Shown here piece after piece: positions 49,092 through 64,000 of a DNA stretch of 64,000 nt; position 1 is the stretch's first letter; each line of letters opens with the position of its first letter. This DNA is from Microbotryum violaceum (taxonomy: Eukaryota). The stretch covers positions 868,001 to 932,000 of the forward strand of contig CDLV01000010.1 in the NCBI GenBank assembly GCA_001244265.2. Direction: 5' to 3'. Position numbers and translations under genes: made by a program. The notes beneath the pieces were generated by a model. It was not told the origin of the DNA and made no database searches. It was given only the letters and a program-made list of their open reading frames with translations.

Positions 49092-50791
49092 ATGGCAACT
49101 CACGATCTTCCCTTGGCCGGTGTCAGAGTTCTCGAGGTAAGCTACCCCTAGCAAGCCCCGGGGTTTCAGAGAGCAAGCGCCCGGGATCACCCCACATGCC
49201 CCGCGTTTCGGCCGCGCTCATTCACGCGTTCCCGGCGTCTCGGCCTTCCTCACTTGCGCAGCTCGCTGGACTTGCACCTGGCCCCTATACTGGCAGTGAG
49301 TTTGAAGGCCACAGCTCACATCCTAGAACGCTGCTCAGCTTTTCTACTGCTTCGACAGTGGTCTTGTCCGACTTTGGTGCCGACGTCGTTCGAGTCGATC
49401 GAGCGGGCACCACATTTAGCACGGATGTTCTGTCCAGGTCAGCCTTTCCTCGCCTGCACGTATGCGGTGCCCAGCTTTCGGCACGATAAGCCTAAAATCT
49501 GCCTCTCGGATCTGGTCCAACAGGCACAAACGATCCATCTCGGTATCGCTCAAGTCACCCTCAGGACTAGCATTGCTGCGCACCTTGCTCTCGGCTCCTT
49601 CGGTTCGAGGGTGCTCAAACATCAATTGCAAATGCCCCCAAGCCAAGCAAGCAAACTGCATGAACAACATCAACCAAGGCGTATGGCGCGCCGATGTTCT
49701 CATCGATCCCTTTCGACCTGGGGTGCTCGAGCGACTCGGGCTCGGACCCGATGTCTTGCTCGCCGCCAATCCGGGGTTGGTCATTGCCCGCTTAACTGGG
49801 TTCCGACGCGAAGGACCCTACGGCAAGATGGCGGGTCACGATATCAACTACGTCGCTCTGAGTGGTGTTCTCTGTGAGTGGCTCGCTGCAACCACCCCGC
49901 TGAGAAATCTTGGACCACCGAGTGCTGACGATGTTCTCGGGATCGCTTGGTGGGAATGCAGCTCTGCTCGGTCGCAAAAACGATAAGCCCTACTTCCCGG
50001 CCAATTTGCTCGCCGATTTCGCCGGAGGAGGTATCATGGCCGTCATCGGGATCCTCATGGCCCTCCTCTCGCGCCAAAAGACGGGGCGAGGTCAAGTTGT
50101 CGAGATCGACATGGTCACCGGCACGCGCTACATCTCGTCCTTTCCTTTGATGATGTCCCGTCCTTCTTTGGGGTTCCCTATTTGGGATCAGCCGAGGGGT
50201 GAGAATTTGCTCGATGGAGGAGCGCCGTGGTATGACGTTTTTGAAACTTCGGACGGGGGCTACATGTCCGTCGGCGCGCTCGAGAATCACTTTTATACCA
50301 TCTTCATCAACAAGATGCTCGAAAATGCGAAGAAGGAATATGTTCCCAATCCGGCACCGAGTCCAAATACCCAAATGGATCGATCGACATGGCCTGATTT
50401 GGAGAGGTTCTTGACAGCGACGTTCAAGACCAAAACACGCGACGAATGGACCACGATCTTCCTGGGTACGGACGCCTGCTGCGTCCCCGTACTGAATAGA
50501 CAGGAAGTCGATCAAGACGGCGTGGGTAAAGATGAGCCGGGGACACGTTTGACGACGCAGCAGTTTGAGAACGGTGATGGAGGAGTGCCCGGTCCAGCGC
50601 CCAATCTCGTCTCGACGCCAGCGCGAGGTCCTGGGGACAGCACATCTTTCTTTTTAACACCGGGCAAGGACACGCGAAGAGTGCTCAAAGAAGCCGGATT
50701 CGAGAAGGAGACGAACAAGCTGATCGAAGAGGGCGCGGTAGAGATTAGCGAAGATGACGATGACGAGGGCGACGTCAAAGCAAAGCTCTAG
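49092..50791 (+). CDS. Alpha-methylacyl-CoA racemase / family III CoA-transferase with PTS1 (AKL), about 5 exons
   Basis: [73 protein letters not shown]; ends in AKL*. Confidence 0.93.
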
Positions 50792-50862
50792 ACAAAGTGT
50801 ATGGTTGCAATGCGATGCAAGGGGGTATCAACTTGTACAAAATGTTTCGGCCACGATGAATC

Positions 50863-56709
<5,847 letters not shown>

Positions 56710-57146
56710 TGAGGCCGCTGATGACTTGGACGAACGGCGTGCGCAAAAGCACGTGTGCGGTCACCCGGCTTACCGCGCCTATGTGCATCGAGCAGCCGCG
56801 GGAGGTGCTGTCACGTGCCGGTGGGGCGCCGTCGTGGGCACCGATCTCTGATGCAAGCGTTCAAGACTTTCAGTTGGGCATTCCACGGTCCAAGCTACAC
56901 GGAGGCAAACGACTAGTGTACACTATTAATATTGAGGTGTTCTTGGGAATATTTAGATGTTCAGGATGCAAACGGGTCACACAAAATGGCTGATTATGGG
57001 TTTTTTGAAAGTCGAAGGTGGGGTGTGTGTTCAAGAATGAAGTGTCTGTTTGCTTGCGTTGTTTTGATTTGTTACAGTCTTAGGTGGTCGTCTTCTATTC
57101 TCCGTTGCCGTACTTCGTGATGGGTCGAAACGCTCTTTCGCGATGC

Positions 57147-58651
57147 TTAGCATAAGGCAAAGTAGCCGACGCCGATGAGCACGCTGGCCAACAGGGGCGT
57201 GTTGACGCTCGTCGAGTGATGCGCCGAACTGGTCCGAGACATCGTGTTGGACTCGGCCGCCGCCGCCGAGGTGGTCAATGCGGCTGTGCTACTCGAAGAC
57301 GAGACGATCGCGACGACGGGCGAGGCCGTGGCACCGGCAGATGTTGACCCCGGTGCAGGTGTTGGGCTTGCAGCGGTGAGTGCAGCGGCGGTGGTGGTAC
57401 TCGGTCCATTGACCACGGTCGTCACACCGCCGAGAATGTACGTCGTCGGAAGGGCCTCGATCATCCGACCTGTAGTCGACGAAGCAGACTCACTCGCCTC
57501 GGGGTCCGCAGGGCCGGTACCACGAATGGCAAAGGGTGGTCCCGCGTTCGACGTCGACCCGAGGACGAGGACGTAAGAAATGCGCGTTGTGAGATTGGTT
57601 GGCAGGGTGAGGTTGAAGGTATTTGCGCCGTTATAGAGTGAGATGTTGGTGCTCAAAGGATGGTCCACGTCGAGATGGAGTCCCTCGCTGTACGGCGAGA
57701 TGTAGCCCAGCAGGAGTAGGGCATTCTGCGAGTATTGATTCGAGGCATCTGTTGTTTGGGCACCGAGGAAAATTCGACCAGGGGGAATTGGGTACGATAA
57801 GTGGGCCGAGATTCGGTTAGTCAGGTACTGGGATGCAAGGAACGACCAACAGAGGTGCGAGTCAGGGACGAACATGGTGGTAAGGTGTTGTTCCTGTTAG
57901 AGTTTGCGTCGAGAGGCGGCATGTTTTTGGGAGAACAGGCGCGTGCATTGGAGGAGCGAATGGGCAAGGCGTATGGGAGAGGACGTCGACTGGTCAGTTC
58001 CTTGCCTCCGAACAGCTTAAAGGAATGCACAATCGTGTGTTTTGGGTTGGTGCATACTGCGCCCCCTTCCTTAGGGACGGATAGCACAACGGGTGCAGAT
58101 TCCCCGAGCCGGCCGGCCCGTTGCTAGGCAGTCGTGCCGTTGTAAATACGACTAGCCTCGTCCGGCTGTCGCGTCGCTGGGCAAGCGCCGCGCCGCGCCG
58201 CGCCTCGCCGTGCACGGGCGCGCCAAGCGATCATCGAGACCGACGCGTCAAAGGCAAACCGAGGTGCAGCCCACCTGACCCCTGCCGAGGTATAAGGCAT
58301 GTCTATACACACAAAACATATTCGCAAACTCGAATGAAACGGAATACCGCGCTCGAACGCCTGTGGAACTCACCAAGCGAGTTCGAACGATTCGCCTTCA
58401 TTCAGGACTTGGTTGTGCAGCGGCGAAGTTATGGCTGGCCAGTACGAAATGAACTCGACAGGAGCTATCGGCTCATCGCTCCATATTGTTGACCGTTTCG
58501 CCATGTCGAGTATACCCTCGGCGACGGGGGATCGAGCAGACGAACGCTTTACTCGGGCTCCGACGAGGTCGACGGGCGCGGTCATGGCGGGTGAGGGGGC
58601 CCCGATGGCGACCAGAACGACCACGACAACGAAAGGGATGGCGGACACCAT
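57147..58651 (-). CDS. Secreted Ser/Thr-rich, probably GPI-anchored cell-wall protein with Kre9/Knh1-like N-terminal Ig-like domain, 3 exons
   Basis: Signal peptide, propeptide with two KR sites, AITSP....GESFELAW|NNTLPP, LLLLGY..HPL, YVLVLGSTSNAGPPFAI, S/T/A-rich stalk and hydrophobic C-terminus. Confidence 0.8.
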
Positions 58652-59426
58652 CGCACCAGACGAGCTGCGGAATAAAAACGAGCGAGGGCCGAGAGCGGGA
58701 AGGTCGAAACAAGGAAACGAAGTGTTCGTGATGGGGAGTAAGCAGACCCGAGAGGCACGGGCTCGCGTTCGGTCCAAAGAGGGAATTAGCTTATGTCCTC
58801 TGAGCCAGTCTGAGCCACGCGTCTCCGAGAGCCATCCATCAAAAGCTCAAACCTCGGTTCTGCGACAAGGCTCTTATTAGGCTGACTTGATTGCAGACAT
58901 GAAACACACCAAAGTTACTAAATGCAAGTTGAGATACGACCCCCAGAGTTCCAACCAACGAAAAACCGTTTCGCGAATGAACGCTTGGCATCGGATCCGT
59001 TGAGTGCGAAGTGCAAAATCCGCATGACGTGAGATCAACTTTCGACGGTGGTCGGCGCAAAGTCTCAGCCACGGCTACGGGTAACGGTCGCGCTCGCGCG
59101 TCACGCAGAAAGCCCCTGGTGCCTGACGCGCTGCTGCTGACACATCCTCACAGCTCACGCGTTGACGCTCCTGCGCACTCAAAAGTCCGCGGACTTGCGA
59201 CGATATGATCTTGAGTGCGATCTGTTTCACAGATGGCGATGGATCCGGTTATCTTCTTCAGGTCAGTTTCGATCTCGCGATTCGTACCAAGACATTGAAG
59301 GGCTGCATCGCGACCCTCTTCAGCTTACTCAGCACACACCCGGTGATTGAGCGCAATCGCTAAACTTTACAAGATACCACATGCACAAAAGAAACAAGTT
59401 TGGAACAAAGATAGAAACAGAGTGAA

Positions 59427-61881
59427 TCACAATCCGACCTGATCGCCCTTTGTGCCCCTCTTCTGCTGCTTCTTCTCGAGCTCCTGCTTCCTCGCGACCA
59501 ATTTGGCCGTCTCCTCTGCGCGACGGTCCTTGGAGTAGACCATCTTGGAGTAGAGCTTCTTCTGCTTTCCCGTCAGCATGATGCTCGCCAACTGCTCCTC
59601 TTGGTTCCTCGAGACCGTCTTAGGCGCCTTGCGACCCTTGGCCCCCGGACCAGCGGCGTCCTTCTTGGCCTTCTTGGTCTCGCTCGCGAGTTCAGTCTCG
59701 AACTGCGCCGGCTCGATACCCCTCGACTCGGCCTCGAGTTCAGCAGCGTGAAGCAACGCTGCGTTCTTGGGATCCTTTGCGGCCGCCAAGAGCGCAGGGG
59801 CCGGCGTCTTGCCCTTCTTGCCCTTGCTCGCAACCTTCTCAACTTCCTCGTCCTCGTCCATTTCCTCATCATCGTCGTCCTCATCGTCCTCATCGTTCTC
59901 GTCTTGCTCAGCATCCATGTCGGCATCGACAACGTCGGCTCCACCAATCCTCCTCGCCTCCATCGGTACGTAACCACCTCGCTCGCGGACCTCGTCCTCG
60001 TCGACGAAGGGACTCAAATGGGGCGGCAAAACCTGGCCGGGTGCGTACTGATCCGTCGGCAACAGCGTCCTCCGGTTGATGCAGTCGACGACCCATTGAG
60101 GTTGGATGTAAGCTCGCTTTCCAGGGTGCGAGCGCGGCGGTGCGCCGGCGACTACCGGTCGATCGACAACGTGGTGGGTGATGCGAGCGTCGTTCTCTTT
60201 GAACGGCGAGCCAGCTCCGAGCACGGCATCCCATCCAACTTGACCACCGAATGAGCGAATGACAAACTCAAGCGTCGGCCGAGTCACCTCGCGCGAGAGG
60301 TAAAAGAAGTAGCCTTCAAAGAGGCCGGTTGCAGCCGAAGTCGCCTTGGGTTGCAAGGCCTCGTCACCGGCACCGTTCGAAGGGAAGACGTCGAGCTCCT
60401 GGGCGGCACTGGTATCGTTTGAAGCAGCAGCGGCGACACGTTGTTCGTCATCCTCAAGCGCGGGCTGGGCGTCGTTTCCACCGAGACCGATCTGCTTGAT
60501 CTGCTTTCGAACGTCCTTGGCGTTGGGCTTGCGCTTCTCGGGGCCCGTCGACTCGGCGGCCTGCGCCGCATCATCTCGCACGACGACCAAACCCTGGCCG
60601 TTCTCCTCGAGCAACAGCGCACCGATCCCGGCTCCATGCTCATCGAGGACCTGATCGAGCTTAGGCGGGTAGATGAGGTTGATGTCGGTATAGAGCTTAT
60701 AAAAGACGAAACCGAGCAAGGTTTGGTACAGCTCGAGAAACGTGAGCATGATCCGGTAGTCGAGATCGGAAGGGATCTGTGGGAAGATGAGCCGAATCGA
60801 GTCTCAGCTGCCAGATACCCAAGCACTTGGCAGCAAGTTCAAAGCCAGACTGACGGTCTGGGTGAACATGTAAGGTACGAGCCATGTGACGGTCTGGCCT
60901 TGAACCTCGGCCTGGAAGTAGATACCCTTGATCGAGAGGAAGACCTTGCGCAGCGATCGGGTGCGCATCACGTAGAGTTGCCATTGCGCGGCGAGCTGGG
61001 TGCAGTTGGCGATGATGGAAGCCGGGATCGTCGTCGTCGCAGGTAAAGAAACGAACAAGACGATCAAGGACAAGGCATCGTCGAGGTCTCGGAGCGAGTC
61101 GATGAAGGTTGGGTACCTGAGCTCGACGAGGGAAGCGCGGCGGAGGTCAGTACCGCCTCCAGAACGAATTGAACCACAGCCCACCTGACGCAAGTCAACG
61201 CACCGCTCCTTGATGATGTGATCCAGACGGTACACAGGCTTGGATTCTTCCAAGTTCTTGGCGAGGTGCCACTCCCCCCTCCCGATCGCACGCGACAGCT
61301 TCTTCGCGAAAGCCTTGTGCTCTCGCAGCTTGCCGAGCACGGGCTCATGCAAGAGGTATTGGATGTCCTTGGCATAGTAGAACGACGCCGGGGTGGTCGA
61401 TCCCTTGTTGGCCTTTTTGCGCGACCTGGGTTCACGAGGGTAGATGCCTGACAGATGGGTTATGTGATGTCTGGATCGTCAGCGATCACTTCGCGGAGGA
61501 TCGACCCCGCGCCGAGAACGCCTTCGCAGCCAGCCAGCCCGAAGACCGGACGACCCAACGATTGGAACGAAGACTCACCCTTGAGGATGCACAAACGACG
61601 GAAGTCCGACAAGGTGCACTGCAGCTTCTTGATGGCTTGGTTACGCGTGATGTACTATCATCGAGTAGAGCAGGCAAGCGTGGTCAGTTTCCATCGGGCG
61701 GGCTGGCGTGAGCTTCGCACACGCGCTGGCAGCTGGCACCGGGCATGGAGGGACGGCGAATGTGGTGTGCCAACGACATGACACACAGTGCACCGCTCCG
61801 GCCACGACGACTCACATTCTTGGCCGCCCCAGCCTCTCCCTTCTTCTTCATGCCATTGTGGGCACGGGTGATCCTGGCCAT
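59427..61881 (-). CDS. NOP7: Pescadillo/Nop7 (BRCT domain; 60S biogenesis), multi-exon
   Basis: [102 protein letters not shown]. Confidence 0.96.
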
Positions 61882-62181
61882 CTTGTTCAGACGTCGAGGT
61901 GTGGTCGGGACAGTGGCAAGCCGTAAATGCGATCGATCGAGGCGCTTGGCTCGAAGCTCGAAGCGCTCGCCGAGTCTGCTCCAGTCGTGCTCCAGTCTGC
62001 CAGAATCTGTGCCCAGTTCAAAGGACGCCCGTTCGTTCCAGAGTTCTTACAATGCGTACATCATGTAATTTCCTCGTGATTTTCGATACACCACAAAAAA
62101 GGTAGCAAAAAAAGGAGACACATTCCCCTACACCACAAATGCATCCCCACTGGTGGGCGTTTTTTCAGATCCGCTCGTTCC

Positions 62182-64000
62182 TCACTCGACAATGGTCAGG
62201 ATGCTCGAATCAATGACCGTAGACGCAGCTGTAAGTCCCAGACGATGGTAATCAGCCTCGATGTGACGGATGACCGCGCCGCTATGTGCACTCACCTCCT
62301 GCGATGGCGACCATCCATTCCGATCCATCGCGCGACTGCGTCACTGCCTTCTTGCCGCGTTGCGGTCCAGCGAGCACTATGCGCACAATCAAAAGGTGAT
62401 AAGCAGTGGCTACGCGAGGTAGCTCAATCACTTGAATGTCCGATCCATCACTCACCAAGACATGTTTCGCCGGGACGATCGGGTTCCATCGGTGTGAAGG
62501 CAGAGTTTGGGACGCGGTGCACCGTCTCGCCGTTCGACACGATCTCAACGCTCGCCAGGCCGTTGACAGTCTGCTTGATGATGGCTGTAGAAAGAAATCA
62601 GAAAATTATCAGCGCCTCTTCCGTAACCACATGATGAAGAATACAACACACCATGTTGGCCGTCGAGTCGGTTCTCTTGGAACGTCGAGTTTGTGACGAT
62701 GACCCGAATGCCCTCAACGACCCAATCGCTCGGCAAACCTTGTTTCGAATCATGCCGAGGCTGGTACTCGAGAGGCTGGGCAGCCGCCGTCGCGGCGCCT
62801 TGGTACACGCCAGGAGTCTGGTACGATTGGTAGCCTGCTGCAGGGGTGGGAGCTCCGTAGGCGCCTCCAGGTGTCGGAGCAGCGCCGTACGCTGCAGGAG
62901 TCGGGGCGGCACCATAGGCGGCCGGAGTCGGGGCACTGTACCCTCCGTAGCCACCTGCCGCGGGAGTGGGTGCGCCAGCATACGATGTCGGTACGCCCGC
63001 GTAGGGCGTCGGCGCGTCGTACGGCGTCTTGGCTTGGTACGCACTGCTGTAGTCGTGCGGCTTGGACGCGGCCGGTGTCGGTGCCGACTGGGCAGACTCG
63101 GAGTCGTAGTAGTTGCCACTCGGAGCCGGCGTCGGTGCTCCAGTGTACGCTGCCGGCGTTGGTGCAGCTGCGTAAGCCGCAGGTGTCGGCGCTGATCCAT
63201 AGGGTGTCGCAGGGATGTGGTAGACTCCAGGCGTCGGTGCACCGGCGTAGGCACCCGGCGTCGGTGCTCCGGCATATGGCTCGTCAGCCTCCGCTCGCCC
63301 ATTGTTCCGGACGCCGTAGGCCGGCGTCCTCCCACCCGCGTTGTAAGCCGGTGTTCGGTTGCCTCTGGGGTCCATAGCCCGTCCGGGCCCATCGTCGCGT
63401 GCTCCAGGATGGTACGGCGTGCGCGAGCTCGCGTTAAAGGTATCAGTTCCACCGACACGCACCGAGGCACCACCTCCCGGGTGAAATGGCGTCCGCGCCG
63501 ACGGGTTGAACGCACTGCTGCCGCTACCGTTGCCGTACGCCGGCGTCGCGTTGCCGAACCCAGGGTGGGCTGGTGTCCGACCCGCAGCGAAGGGGGTCGC
63601 ACCACCATAACCGACCGCAGGAGTGCGTCCACCTGCGAACTGCACAGCAGGCGTACGACCTCCCGCAAATTGCGCCGCAGGTGTTCGACCACCAAACGCC
63701 GGGAAGGGTGTGCGGCCGCCCATAGCTCCGGGTACACCGAGAGGAGCAGTATTCGTAGCCGTGCCGTGTCGTGAGCCACCGACACCTCCGCTGAAACCAG
63801 GTCGGGCACCATAACCTCCACCGTTGCTTGACCGCTCCTCCAGAGGCCCCGGCTTGAGCGAACCGTCGGGCAACTGTTCGCGCAGCGAATCGAGCGGAAT
63901 GGTAACGACCTTGTTCTGACTGTGCAGCTCAACGCGCGCCTGGTTCCCGACAACGTCCTTGATCACTCCGACGTTGCCCTTGAGACCACCCTTTGCGATA
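62182..64000 (-). CDS. SPT5: Transcription elongation factor Spt5, 3' part (KOW5, C-terminal repeats, terminal KOW domains); 5' end lies outside the window
   Basis: KGNVGVIKD....ARVELHS..K.VTI, followed by GGRTPA and APTP[AG] repeats; last exon ends VIDSSILTIVE*. Confidence 0.92.
62810..63720 (-). repeat. Coding degenerate tandem repeats of the Spt5 C-terminal region (G-R-T-P block, then A-P-T-P block)
   Basis: Repeated GGRTPA and YAGAPTP/YGAAPTP units in the translation. Confidence 0.9.

Noticed and set aside
62810..63720. Periodic repeats that might be mistaken for a CRISPR-like array
   Set aside because: They are the known coding C-terminal repeats of Spt5.

Overview
This is eukaryotic, intron-rich, gene-dense fungal DNA. 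GTGAGT/GTAAGT/GTGCGT donors, CTRAC branch sites, 60-120 nt introns and the protein families point to a basidiomycete, probably a Pucciniomycotina yeast-like fungus (inference). I can support 22 protein-coding genes. Most are conserved housekeeping genes: ELMO, SVF1, VPS37, TCP11/SOK1-like, a FRAY-type STE20 kinase, PTPA, TSR4, a TAP-like hydrolase, SGT1, Maf, DBP9, URB2, POP4, AMACR, an ABCC transporter, NOP7 and the 3' part of SPT5. Two regions look accessory. (1) At 0.3-7.6 kb is a tandem pair of diverged secreted proteins. They share intron positions and a conserved KR...RR...KR/RR pattern that could excise an internal peptide and release a conserved Cys-containing 28-31 aa chain. (2) At 21.7-27.3 kb lie an orphan ORF interrupted by one TAG, a 1225-bp non-autonomous DNA transposon (32-bp TIRs, perfect 8-bp TSD) and, 123 bp downstream of it, an atypical kinase-domain gene. 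CDS coordinates are start-to-stop spans including introns. Family names come from recalled motifs; no database search was run. No tRNA, rRNA or CRISPR array was recognised.
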